Below, one piece after another: positions 38,066-53,561 of a DNA stretch of 64,000 bases (its first letter is position 1; each line of letters begins with the position of its first letter). The position numbers and the translations under genes are program-made. The notes under the pieces were generated by a model. It was not told the DNA's origin, did not search any database, and saw only the letters and a list, made by a program, of their open reading frames with translations. The stretch lies in the NCBI GenBank assembly GCA_045837725.1, contig JBEWZL010000179.1:434001-498000 (forward strand), given 5' to 3'. The DNA is from Vermamoeba vermiformis (taxonomy: Eukaryota).

Positions 38066-38557
38066 TTACTGTTCCACGCCAACAGAATTATAAACTGCAT
38101 AAATGAACTCTGCCTTTAAAAATTCTTCGCCAGTTTCGTCGCTAATCTCGTGGACAAGAACAAGAGGGGCTTTCAATTTAGCGTAAGATGAATTAAATAT
38201 CTTCTCGCAGTCGTCGCTGAAATGTTGCGTAATATCGTCTATTGATGGAAGAGTAAAGCCATTAGGATAATCTGGAAACATAATCGTCCAAAATCCCGGT
38301 AGTATTGCGACGGATGCGGTCAATACCTGGAAAAAAAAAATACAAAAGCAATTCAGTATTTAAAATATACTTATAATAGAAAAATAATATAAAATTACCT
38401 CATTTTTAGCGAGTCCCTTTATTTTCATCATTTCCGTCATTTTTTTAACGAGCTGATCGACAAAAAACCTCCATAGATAGGCCTTTGGGAGAATCATATG
38501 GACATTGGGATCGAATACGAACTCTTTCGCAGGGGACGCGTTGTTATTGTTATTCAT
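38066..38557 (-). CDS. Small hypothetical protein (at least 2 exons; 3' end uncertain)
   Basis: Two ORFs joined in frame by a GT-AG intron; a further exon to about 37870 is possible. Confidence 0.45.
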
Positions 38558-39037
38558 TTGAACTAAATTGAAATATCCACGCGGGAAAAATTACACAAAA
38601 TCGCTCCCTCTATTTTCCGCATTATTGGATGGTAACCAGCACCCACACTCTATAATATAAGAATTTTTAATAAGATGCAAGTCGTGGTAGCCTTTATTGC
38701 GGAGAGTAAGGGCTAAGTACGGACTATCCTAAGGATAAACTCGCGTATTTATTAAAACACGAATAACAATAATACGAATTTATAATAATAAGAGTATTTG
38801 ATACTTAGCCAAGTAAGTATTACGCTCTACTAAAGCATACAACAATTTTTTTTTTAATTTGCACGAGATTTAATTTGCCGTCTACCGAAGCGGCTAAATA
38901 CATGCTAAATATTTTAGAAATTACTATAATAATTAATATCATATTTTATAGCTACAACAAGATTTTTGGATCTGTCCCGAAATCGGAATGACTGTCAATT
39001 TCAAAAGAACAGGTAAATGTTTATTAAAGAGATCAAT

Positions 39038-40373
39038 TTAATTAAGAGACACGATGATACCCTTGTCCTTGATACCACAAACATTGTTGAAGCGACCAAT
39101 GCGAATGAAACCGTTCTCGCCCCAAGTGGTGTCCCAGCTGTTGCGAATGTTCCAGTACTTGACACCTTTGTCTGTCACTCCCCAGCCTTTAGCAATACGA
39201 AGTAGCCGACGTTAGTAACATGTGGGTGTAATATGATCGATGAATGTTACCAGTGAGCAGCACGGCATGGTTGCGATGTCCAGTCCAGCAACCTCGTTCA
39301 ATGACTCCTGAAAAAAAAAAAAGGTAAGAATTTTGCAAATAGAAGCGTAATAGGACGTACCTTTCTTATAAGTCTTCCATTTAGTAGCGTCAATAGCTAT
39401 AGGCATAGGACCGTACTTTCTCAAGACTTCCATGAAGTGAGTTTCAGAGGGACGAACTCCGTACCAATGGCCGATCTTGCCAGGTCTGGCAGCAGTAGTG
39501 TCATAATCACATTTGCCAGTAATGCCTTGATAAGGGTACGTCGATTCTAGGACCAAACCCTTGGATTTGACGTAGTTGAGTGCCAGTCCGGGCAAACCTC
39601 CTTTACATCCAGCAAGATAAAGACCTTTGGCACAGCTAACGAGTTGCTGCACTGACAATATAGGCGCTTTACCAGTCGCAATACCAATAGCACATTCTAC
39701 GGCCTCGACAGCACTTTCAGTGATTCATTACTACATCCGTTCACAATGTTCCTTATGAAAGACAGTATTGCATATACTAGAACCTCAAACTTACGCGTGA
39801 GCCCAGCAGCTACCGCATTTGCCTTGCGCCTTCACAGGAGTACAATTAGTGCTATTATACCTGGCAAAGATAGAAATTAGAGTTACATCCGGATGCCAGT
39901 TGAATTTACAAGCGTTGGATCTTACCACTCAAAGTTATCAGGGAGCTGATAGAACGATGCAAAGCTAGTATCATTAACATAGGTGACGTTGGCGTTAGGA
40001 AAGTCTTCAGAAGTTCCTTGAAATGTTGCGAACTCGTCATCTGTCAAGTCCATAAACTGAGTCACGCCAAAGAGCGCATGCGGATTCAATTTATTCATTT
40101 GCTCGGCTTGTTTCATATTTTGCTGCAGTAGAGTATTAGATTTAAAACGTAACGGAAGTATTAGCGGAGCTCGATCGGATTCCGAAGGTAAAGCTAGCTT
40201 ACCTGAAATACGCCCAATCTATAAGCTTCTTCTTTTGGATCAGCATAAAACTTTCCGTGCTCTGCTTTGAATTGTTCGAAGAGTTGTTGGACGGCCAAAG
40301 AGTCACCAACAACGACTGGGATCGTTGCCAAGATTACAACCAAACTTGCGAGAAGCAATAATTTATGGTGCAT
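39038..40373 (-). CDS. Papain-family (C1A) cysteine protease, copy 2
   Basis: Same exon structure and catalytic motifs as copy 1. Confidence 0.93.
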
Positions 40374-40682
40374 TAGTAAAGCAAGTTGTTGTTGCAATCT
40401 GTATGCTTGGTTTGATTGATGAAAAAATTTATACGTTGGGTTTGTTCGCAAGATTTATAACGATGGAAAGGGAAATTTCAGTATGCTCATAATGCATCCC
40501 AATGCGCTCTAGAGAGGGCACACTAGTGAGACATAATTAATTTACCAAGGCAAGAGAGAAGATAATCTTTTACACGGACTGGATGCGACAAGTTAGAACT
40601 CTACGACAATCGGTTACAAGAATGTATGTCAGTTATATTTATTACATAATAGTCGTGATATTAATTATTGTTACTACTACAG

Positions 40683-41183
40683 CTATTCGCCAAAAGTCAA
40701 CTCCATTATAGCAGAAATGATTTCTCCGTCATGCTTTCGCAAAGCTTCGAACGCATTCCAGCGAGGCTTATTACCACTATGTTCGACTACTAGTTCAAGG
40801 TTCTCTGGCCATCTATGTTCTTTCAGACAGGAGGCAAAATTTTTGATCCTCTTTCGGATGTACCTCGTAGTTTTTCTTCTTCCAGCGTCACGCGCTACAA
40901 AGTAAGTCCAAATATCAAATTTATGTCGATTAGCTATCAAATATTTCAAATACGCAAGGTAGCCTCGGTGCGCCAACAAAATAGCCCAATCGCGTAAAGA
41001 GAATTTTGCTGGAAGATCTCTTATGCAAAGCGATGCTATCTGTTTCATACTCTTCGACACTTGCATCAAAACGCACTTTAATAATATTCGGTCCATAAGG
41101 GCGCTGTTTTCCACCAGATCAAGATCTGCGTCACATTGCGAAAAGATCTCGCGCCAAATGTCTGTGGGCAACTGATATAAATC
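40683..41183 (-). CDS. F-box-like protein, main exon (possible first exon 42826-42837 on the far side of the LTR element)
   Basis: DLYQLPTDIWREIF..VSKSMK F-box-like start and ankyrin-like LAHRGYLAYLKYL; AG acceptor at 41184-41185. Confidence 0.5.
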   Translation of the reverse strand, partial: DLYQLPTDIWREIFSQCDADLDLVENSALMDRILLKCVLMQVSKSMKQIASLCIRDLPAKFSLRDWAILLAHRGYLAYLKYLIANRHKFDIWTYFVARDAGRRKTTRYIRKRIKNFASCLKEHRWPENLELVVEHSGNKPRWNAFEALRKHDGEIISAIMELTFGE

Positions 41184-41269
41184 CTTTAAAACAATTCTAT
41201 TAATTATTTCTAATAGTTTCGTAATTGATTGATAAAGAATAGTTGATTTTCTAAAAGACTACGAGATCT

Positions 41270-41377
41270 TGTTATGACCTATTCTGTGGTCGTAGAGTGA
41301 AAGGTCATTTATTTATATAATACAAGGGTGCGACAGATATCGCTACAAGTAATCTCGCTAAAATCTCGTTCATAACA
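41270..41377 (-). repeat. 3' LTR
   Basis: TGTTATGA..TCATAACA inverted termini; preceded on the minus strand by the PPT at 41378-41389; contains TATATAAATAAA. Confidence 0.93.
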
Positions 41378-42699
41378 TTCCTCCCTTTCAGACTCTTGAC
41401 GTCCTCGGCAAGTAGATTTTGTTTCGTTCTTAAGACTTGGTATGCAATGTCTTGGCTTGCATCAATTCGTATGTAATTAAGTTTTATAATATTATTGGTT
41501 TACGTCTTTAATTTGACAATTGTATTGTTTGAAACGGCCTTTAGACAGGTGTTGACCATGGAGAACAAATGGCCATAATACACTACTGTCAAGATATTCA
41601 CTGTTGTTGACAAACCGACATAATTCTCTTTTGTAGTTGTAGAAGCAATATGCTTTTAATATTAGCTCTAATTTCGGCTAGGCTTGAAGGGACTATATGT
41701 ACACAGACATAAAGACACGCTCTGATACAATACTCATTACAAGAATCATATCAAAGAACCGGTGTCTCTACCAATTCTGCGTGACGATTGAATTCTATGA
41801 CTGAATCCTCTCGTCAGAGTCTAGTTGTCAAATAGACAAGCATAAACAAGTGAATTTCTCCACTCGTCAACCAACAAGTTTCGCTTAATTTTAGAGTGTT
41901 CTCGTATTATTAAATAGTCAACAATATGGATCGTAATAACAGCGAATAAATATTCCGCGTATTGGGGGTAAGACGCTATTAGTTGTGCACATTAAGAGAG
42001 TTAAGTAATAACGTGTTTGTGATAAGATGACGTCAATAAGCATTAGTGTATTATATAATTGCATAGCGTATTTAGGTAATTAGCGTTCTATTCTATAATT
42101 CTTTAGATGCGCGCGTGATAATTAAGTTATCGTTTATTCGTTTGTTAAATGAACCCCACTTATTTAATTATAATAAAGCGGAATAATACTAGAGGTAATA
42201 TTGCGTAACTGATAAAGTACCTCTGTTATAATGGATTGGCCGGATCAATATTTTAAATAAATAGATGTTCGTTGAATATACTATATATATGTAATCCGTA
42301 ATAAGGACATTACCAAATATGAATATTGTATATTTAATCGATGATAGTAGAGTAACGTTGTAGCGGATGGTGCGTTATCGATCCGTGGCTGCGTACCGAA
42401 TATCTGTAAAATAAAATATTATATTGTGAATATGTATTCAATATATATTGTAACTGTTGTTAATTTTTGCTTAAATGTCCGTATTTTAATTAAATTTTAA
42501 ATTTAATTCCAGATGCGAGTTAAATAGCTAATTGGAGTTTATAAGGTTAAAAGATATTATCTATATATATTAAATCAACTTAGCCTTATTTTTAATTTAA
42601 TATTCTTCGTGTCGATGTGAGATGAGGGTTGCATCTTGTTGATCCGTTAGGTCGTGCTGAGTGTCTTGTTGGGATGTGGAGAGCAGGTGGGAGCGCCAA

Positions 42700-42807
42700 T
42701 GTTATGACCTATTCTGTGGTCGTAGAGTGAAAGGTCATTTATTTATATAATACAAGGGTGCGACAGATATCGCTACAAGTAATCTCGCTAAAATCTCGTT
42801 CATAACA
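42700..42807 (-). repeat. 5' LTR
   Basis: Identical to 41270-41377; followed on the minus strand by a 1-nt spacer and the PBS (42683-42698). Confidence 0.93.
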
Positions 42808-42839
42808 ATCTAAATGCCTTTGTACCTCTTCATTCATTC

Positions 42840-45800
42840 TTAAACACTAATCCACGATTGCATACTATTGCTTATTTGTTTTGTATACTTGGACAAATGG
42901 TTTTGGTGCGACTGGAGCTCCATTCCTTTTATTTTAATTCTTTTGACAAAATTTCAGCCGATTCTTTGAATAGTTATTACCACTGTTTAATACAAGAATT
43001 GCGTTACTTCGTGCACAATCTTCTTAATATCCGATGACGCTACATTGCCTAACTTGAACAACGCATCCAAGAACAGATCTTGCTCGTTAGCGAATGGGAA
43101 CAGACTTGGTGCGTGAATGAGCGCATTCAATTGAATGTCTTCTGCCTTGTTACGAGATAGCATATTAACGTAATGATAGTCGATAATATCCGCTGCAGAT
43201 CTACAAAAATTAAATCGTTAATAAAATTGATAAAATTTAAGTTCGATGGATCTGACTTACTTTGGATTATCGTTAAGATATTTGATAATAAGCTTATACG
43301 CTGCTTGTCTAAAGAGGTCATTCGGGTCCTCAATCAGTGTTAAAACCTCCGAAATGACGGATCCAAGAAGGTTGGTCGGGTACTAAAAATTAATTAGAAT
43401 TGCTATTTATGGCAAACCTTGCCGTGATATATACTAACCTTGCCCAATTCTTCAATATCGCCTGATTGGTCAATTTCCATTTGATCGCCAGATCCAGATC
43501 TAACCAGGTTTTTCTCGGAATGATTGTATGAGGTCAGATCCGCTTTAAGCTTCTTAAAAGCATCGTTCTCGGTGTATGGCGAATTGAATTCTTCTTGCGA
43601 GACCTTATTGTCGAGAATATTCGCAAAGTATTCGATTTTTGTTAGATCCGGATAAGACTTGTACACGGCCCTAAAAACGAAGTTATTAACTATTACCAAA
43701 TAAGGAAATATCGCTAAAAACTTACATCAGGACGCCTTTTCGCAATTTGATCCATTCAAGTCGATTTTGTACGGCAGCAGATTTGTTTTCACTGAACACC
43801 AAGTGCGCTGCGTAGTGGCACATAAAATCAACCAGGGCTCGCAACAAACTCGTCAGTTGTTTGAATTGATTATCTTCTTTCAACTCGATATTGCCAAATA
43901 AGTCAAAGTAATGGTGCAAAATCGGATGAACTCCGTCAAACTGCAAAAAAAAATTCGTTAGTTGCAATTTCCTTTTAAGGAAATTATGTGTCCTACCTCG
44001 AAAATCATTGGTCTAAGTAAGTCAAATATGCCAAGAACGCTTTCGTAAAGCACGTGATACTTCTTTTCTAAAAATTGATCGAGAGGCATTGCGGATGTGC
44101 CTTCAAGCAACGACCCCAAATTAGGCAAGTACTTGAAGACTAAACTATGATGTTCCGATGCTATCTTTCGGCAAGTGAGATACGCAAAGTTTGATGCGGG
44201 GTCATTAGGCGATATTTTCTTGATAATTCGGTGCATCAAAACATCGAGCTGAAAAAAAAATAAATTATTTTAGCAAAAATTTAATTTTTCGGTAATTATT
44301 ACGTACCTCGCTAGTATTAGCCTTAAGCAAGGCTGATTTCAGTGGCAAATAAATATCTCGCTTCAGAACTTTGTACAATGAGATGGGACTAGCGATGTAA
44401 ATTGCCTGCAGCAATCGTTCAGCAGCGCTAGGGAACCCAAACAAATTTTTGCTTGAAATTTCGTTGCCCGTGCTGTCCAATGGCTCATCTAACAGCTCCG
44501 CCACGCGATACAGCTGACTAATGTTGATCTCGGGCTTGTTCGACAAGTAATTCAAAACGAATTGAATGTTGCCATCGGTCTGATTGGCACATGATACTAA
44601 CAACGATGCTCTAAAAATAGACCATATTAGATCATCTGCAAATATCACGCAAAACTTTGCCATAATTCTACGAAAACTTCTAAAACTTGCCTTTTTTGTA
44701 AAGTTGTGCTGGCGCGGTTCTTCTCTTCAACGTCATTATTCTTCACAGCTCGACGCTGCACGACTTCAGTCTCAAGGACAATCAAATCAGTCAATGTGAT
44801 CAGCTCTGCCGAGGAGAACTTATGCAAGCTGGGCACCGTCTGCGTGGTGATTTTGTACTCGAACAAGACCTCGTTGTCATTCGTGAATCCGGTCCATGAT
44901 TGAGGGTGATATAAATATGCTTCGATATAGTCCAACGTCGTGCTCGGATTCAATTCTTCGCAAGGACGGTCACGTGACATCAACCACGTGAAAATTTGCC
45001 TTTTTGCAGCCCATGAAGTTCTGTGAATTAACACTGAGAGCATCAACGAGTAGAATGGCGGCTGTGAAATCGATGCTAAGCCAATAGCAGTCATATCACG
45101 TGACTTTCTGAAGATCAAGTTGAACAGCTCTTCGTGCACCAGATCCGGGTTGAAAATCAAGATCCAGTCAAAAAGGCACCCGAAGTATCGTTGACCAACT
45201 TCCTTATTTAGTATCGTTGACTTTTGTTGACTGTGGAAGTAATGGCTCGATAGATCTCTGATCAGACCAATCAACACACGGGTCACTGAGTCCATTCGTG
45301 AAGCGTTGTGTTGCGACTGTTGTTCTATAAATGGCTTCAAAAATAGTTGCAATATCTTCTCTAAGTACGCAGAGCCATTTTCGATCAATTTGAAAACTAA
45401 CGTGCCAAACTTATGAGCGTCGAAGTTAGCGATACCAGCGATCTTCTTGTGAGATTTGAGATCTCGAACAATCTCCGCGTCGAACGCCGGTGACTTGCTA
45501 GCAATGTACTGGTCGAAGTTGAACTCTATGAACTGCAAATCTTGCGAAAGTGGCACGTGATTGGCTGATACGATGCCGTTCAGTGAATCAATTAGCGAGT
45601 TCTTAGGGAGATTATCCATGAGCGTCTTCGAAAAGTCGATGATCTTCGTTGCTGTGACGATGAACTGGTGCAAAGACTCGTTGGTTTGACTTTGTTTGAC
45701 CGAGCGATAAAGCAACTCGAACAACGGCAATGATCTCCAACTGTCGTGAACCAATTCCACGGCAAATTTGTGTTCGACATTGCCCACTGAAACTTTTGCA

Positions 45801-48800
45801 AAGATATGCTGGACTGACTTCAATATTTTCATAGTTTGTCCTTGTGATTGAGCCACGACGAGGTCAATTTCAACCATATTCAACAGTCGTTGATAAGCCA
45901 ATGAACTCAACGCAGGGTCAGTGCCTGAGAACGCCTTCGTTAACAACCACGTGATTCTTTCTTCCGCCGGTCTTGCGTTCAGTTCGGCATCGATCGACAC
46001 GAACTTGCTCTCTTTCAACTGCGCGAAGTCTTGTTGCGCGCTGAAATCAAACTCGACCTCGGTGTCCATGGAAGACAATGATCCGTTGCTAAAAAAATTG
46101 ATTAATTAACTGAATAATATTACCGGACCAATAGGACTTACGTGTTGTTGTAACTAAAAAGCTTCAATAACTTGTCACTGCCGATAATGTCCATAGAGTT
46201 GTAGATCATAACTATTTCCACGAACTGATCAACACTGATTCCATTCGTCTCCAATAAGTCCGTCAATTTCTTCACATAACTAGGGTCACTAGCCGCAGTT
46301 TCAAATAGATCAGACTTGTCTAGTCGACTTAAGATGGCCTTGGCAGCATCAAAGTTGAGTCCATAAGAGCCGATAACTACAATCAGATCTTCTTTGGATA
46401 AGAACGATATGACTGAAACGGCCAAAACTTCGTGTGGACTTCTCGCCAGTCTCATTGTCAGTGCTGAATCGGGTTGATAAGTGTCACTTGTTCTTTCTGA
46501 GAGGATCGCTGTCATATCGTCCACGAGGCCGTCCAATAGTTCTTTAGTCTCAGAGTCAATAGGGACATCACATCGATTGAAGTCTATGAAGAGATGTTAA
46601 TACAAAGAGTACCAATGTTACAGCGAGTAATGTTACCGAATATAAGCAATTCTAAAATAGCTTCAATCATTGTCTTTTTCATCGTGAGTTTTTTGCCCTT
46701 CAGAACAACTTCCGCTGTTGATGCATCGCTCTTGACCTCCTAAACATTATTAGTATAGCTACTAATAGCTTTGCTACTCTACGTACTTGTTTGTCGCTGG
46801 TCTTTATGTAGTTGTAGCCATCAAAGAGTATCTTCAAGAACAACGAGTACACGGTGGAATCATGGAACATGCGAGTGACTGCAAGTCTTCGAGAACGAAT
46901 CAGACCCGAAATTTCCTGTTATCGTATTAGCACCGTCAATCTAAGGATGACACGTGTCATACCATTGCCACTGGCAAGTGCTCTCCGTCTTTATGCTCGT
47001 AGATGAATAAAAGGTAGTTGAAAATGGTCTCAATGTCTGTTTCGTGGACTAAAGCAGCGAGTAATAAATCACTGACGATCTCTTTCGAAAGCTTGAACCA
47101 CTGCAACATGTCGAGCTTGTTGAGCCAATCCAACTTTGCAGTCGCTAGAGCTACTGCTATATTAGTAAGTACTCGGCAAGTGCTCAATATCGACATACCT
47201 CCGCTCATTAGAATCGGTGTTGTAGGCAAAGGAGACTGATTTGCACTCGTGTTGTTTGACGCGTTGTTAGTACTCGCTTCAATCGCACCACTGCTCTCAA
47301 TGACCTCTTCTTCGAAATCTTCCTCCATTTGCGAATTAGTCGAGTGTTGCTCAGGCGTCTTGGCGTTATAATGAATGCCCGAGAATATCAATGCGAGAGA
47401 CTTCTGTGCCATATCACGCTTCACGCGAGAACTGTCGCCCAATCTGCTAATAAAGAACTCTAATATTTCAATTGTCGGGGCACCAGAAGCAGCGCTGAAG
47501 TGACTTCTAATAATCGCCAACATGCGCGGAATTTTCTCCATTGGCACTGTCGTGTAATCGATCTCGTGTTCTGGCTGTTGAGTGCTGTATAGTAAGTAGC
47601 ACAAGCACTGCGTAGGCAAGATATCGAGCGTGTGCTCTTCTTTCTTAACAATAGGACCGAGCCAGCCTAACGAGTCTTTGGGGCCTTGTCTCTTCATAAT
47701 ATCCACCAAGAAATCTGAAAGTAAGTCCATTAGCGATTATTTTGACTCATCTAATTACAATAAAACGTACCCGGATCCCTGCTGGAGCATAACAAGTGAC
47801 CAATATGGAACTCTTTTTCAATGGTCTGTAATCGCTCGATGATATTTGGCGGTGGTCTGCGCGCTGGTTGCAAAGGAGAGTACATCATAAGCTGCTTCAT
47901 CATGACACTGTTTTCTGCGTCAATCTTTGTGACCTCACTGGGACTCTTGAAGACTACTCAAACCGTTAAATATCACTTAAGTTTTTTTGCATTGTTGAAT
48001 GTACTTACATCCCAACAGCTCATTCTCGAAGGACAGGATCTGATCGCCTTCATTTGCAAGGAACTTCTGCTCCTCGGCCGGCGATGGACAGTCCGAGAAT
48101 TGGAACGGCGGGAACTTCCAAGAACGCGTTGTGATCATCTCGATCAAGACTTTGATGGTCGGGAACTGCTGCCATACAGCACGACCAATCGTGGCAGGAT
48201 TGAACGCAGCACAAATCACTAAGATGATGCAGACTTGCCAGAACAGATCACGAATGGCGAATGAGTACTTGGCCTTTGTCTCGTCGCCCAGCTGCTCCAT
48301 GATTGTGTGCGTGAACATTGACAATCGGAACAACGCCTCGCTGAACTGTGGATTTGCCAATTGAATGGGATTGATTCCTTCGCTCGCCTGCAACCGAGTT
48401 ATAATAAGATGCAATTTGGTAGCGTAGAACTTACGTTGACCAATGAAATGGCACGGAGAATGAGCTGATCAATAATAACAAGTGCCTCGTTTTGCGCGAG
48501 TGGCATGTTCTTCAAGTGCATGACAACGATTGAAATGATTGTTTCTTCGAGCACTGGTACGTCTGACTGCACGAGGTTCATCAACAATCGCTCGTATTCA
48601 GGTGCCATCTGATCCTGCGTTAGTGCCTTGTCATTTGTCACCTATGATGACTTACATCGCCAGAAATGTAACTCGAGCTTGGCTCCAATAACAGTAGCTT
48701 TCTGATGACCTTCGCGAAGTAATGTTGCGTGGGCTGTTTGATCAACTCCAAGACAATAGTTTGACTCCACGTGATTGCCTCCAACTACAATCCGACAATT

Positions 48801-51119
48801 AGATGAGGTCATTTCAAATAACTAAGAGCATACCTGAAGCGCAGCGATTCGCTTCTTAGCATCAATGGCAAGCGCATCAAACTCGCGCGGACCGAGGTTC
48901 TGTGGTGATTCGTATAATACAGCAGGCACGCTCAGCAACATGGAGTAACAGATCAAGTCAATAATGTTCATCACCCATTGCTCGCGGGTGAAATCATCGC
49001 GTATTTTCATCGGTGCAAATTCTTGCATGAGACCAGAACACACGAGATCAAATCTGAATTGGTTCGCTACAATATTAATTAAGAAAAATACTGGTTATAA
49101 TAGTTGTTGAAAAGAGCAGGTTGGTGAAAAGGATACGAAAATTCTTGCTAATAGCCTTCAAGACAGGTCTCAAAAACATGCTGTAGGCCTTGCTCGCTGC
49201 CAATTCTTGCATGATCAAACTAACTTGTCGCTCGCTTTGCTCAATAGGGATAGCCGTGAATATTGTCGTCAACATCTTGGGATTGAATTTTGTGATATTG
49301 GGCGCCATATCATTGGCAATAAAGTCGCTCAGCGCTATCAAAAAAATGTCAGTCTCATGCAGCGGACCGTTACGCACAAAATCTTACCGATGAACGGGAA
49401 GTGAGGGTTATTGCCTAATAGTTTCGTCAACTTCTCAAAGTAAAACTGATTGACACTCGTATTAGCCTTAATCTTGATGCGCACGATAAGTCGCAATGCT
49501 TCCAAGTCTTCAACACTGCTTTGTGTACAATTCTCGATGATCCTCTCGAGCAGCTCTTTGCCATATCTCGTAGTGGTAGGATTGTTCAGCCAATCTTAAA
49601 CAACATCGTTAGTAACATTTAACGAACTGGAGATTGTATCTTACTGTCCAAATAATTGGCGCCAATCAATCTTATCGAGGGAAAACTGATGACAAGTGAC
49701 ATGACAGCGACAATGTTCTTGACGTTAGCGTCAGCTCGGTTCAATTGCGCAGTTATCATCTCGAATATCTTTGATCGGAACGCTTCCTTGAGCTGATCGT
49801 TGTATCTATTCTTCACCAAAGTAGTATTTACAGGCACGGCTGTATGAAGGTTACTATGTATCAATTACTACTTTATTGGTGTGCACTTACGTTTGCGGTC
49901 AGTTTCAGACACTATTTCTCCAGCCTCTTCAGCTTCATTCATCTTAACGTCCTCGTCGTTTTCGCTTTCATCGTGGCTGACTGGATCCCGTGACTTGGTC
50001 GGAGTGGATGTGCTTCCCTTCTGCATTTAAAGAGTTAATCAGGATTGCTATTAAAAGAGCATATGACTTGCCTGAGAGGGAAACATAGTCTTGATATTAT
50101 CCACAAATATCTGCGTGTGTTTGTCATCGACCCACAATCGGTCACCGAACGAGTCCTCCAAGAAAGCTTGTACAAACTCCAAAGGCCACTCATCGACGTC
50201 AGCGAATGCTTTCAGTAGTAAATTGCACGCGAGTACTGGTACGAGAGGTGTCTTTTTGTAATGGAACTCTGTTGAGCTCTTCAAAAAGCTTGCGAGGACC
50301 TGTCATACACGTGTCATTTCACCGTTCAATTTCTGTTGTGAACTTACATCCCAAACGCTACCGTTAGCGAATATCTTTGGCTTGACCTTGGCGCTGTAAA
50401 TAAGACTTAAATACAAATTCGGATCGGGATTCAATGGCGTGTTTTGTAGTCTTCGCATGGATGACTCGACAATCTGTCTAATTTGTCTGTAATCTCCTTC
50501 TTCATCACATTTCATGATCTGAGCCATCGTCTCGGAGCCTAATATCACCCTATGTAAGCACCGTGCGATCTTGTATTTACTAAGTACGTACCAGATTGCA
50601 TGTTTTCATCGATTGGAGCATTATCCAATTTCTGTCTCTTATTTGGATCGTTATCTGGATGAGTAGGGTGAGTCATGTATTATTGATAATTATTTTAAAT
50701 ACCTAATGTATTGATAGCCTCAGAAAAGTCTCGCTTGAGAGGTTGCTGCACGGTGTCAAAAAATTAGTAAAAGTTCGGGCAAAATCAAAAGTGAAAAATG
50801 TCGCGTACCTTCATGGTCGTAGTCTGAGTCTTAGAACGCCCTAAGTAGTTGAAATCGATTAGACCACTCGTTTGATTGTTGGAGTGATGACAGATCGAGT
50901 AAAGCTTACCAAGAGCAATTAGATCTTCTGGGGGTTGATTCGCTGCCAATAATATTTTTAAAATAATGTATATCGAGTATTAAATCATTATTTGCTCGAT
51001 AGGGTGATGAATTAAGCATTGGATTATTTCATTTTAATTTTTTCGTGCAGATCACGAATAAATTGTTCGTAATATGACTTACGTGGCCTTCCTTTGCCTT
51101 GCTTTGGTCTGTTCATCAT
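42840..51119 (-). CDS. INTS1: Integrator complex subunit 1
   Basis: N-terminal MMNRPK..QPPEDLIALG; VPVLACNLLLKAF..EWPLEFVQAFLEDSFGDRLWVD; WQVCIILVICAAFNPATIG..WQQFPTIKVLIEMITTRSWKFPP. Confidence 0.88.
49067..49136 (-). other. U12-type GT-AG intron in INTS1
   Basis: 5' GTATCCTTTT, branch-like TTTTCTTAAT about 10 nt from AG; removal gives ISKNF-P-NQFRFDLVCSGLMQE. Confidence 0.75.
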
Positions 51120-51444
51120 TATTTATATTTACTATTGCTTTAAAAATCAAAAATCATTCGAGTTTTGTGGCACTCCTCTTTCAAACCGAACCTCAAACAA
51201 GATCAGCCAAAAAATCGAACTTACCCAACCCCAACATAAAAACAGACTTTTCTCAACTTTAAACTAGCTTTACTTGCTATATAAAACGCTTATGTACAAC
51301 TAATAAAATAAAATTTGAAGTCAGATCGCACGGCTGGCAAATGTTACAATCGCACGCAACTACAACGTTAATAATCAATTACAATAATATGTACCGTGTG
51401 ACCTAAAGGTGGTACCATCTAATATTCACTCTGCGCTATTGTCT

Positions 51445-53561
<2,117 letters not shown>

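Larger units (their letters stand above)
41270..42807 (-). mobile_element. Non-autonomous LTR retrotransposon (TRIM-like), 1538 bp
   Basis: Two identical 108-bp LTRs, ATCT TSD (41266-41269 and 42808-42811), PBS TGGCGCTCCC, PPT GAAAGGGAGGAA, no internal ORF in the supplied track. Confidence 0.93.

Noticed and set aside
41270-42807. Cassandra-type (5S-carrying) TRIM, linking the element to the intronic 5S gene
   Set aside because: The LTRs show no 5S similarity, and the 5S gene has no LTR or TSD around it
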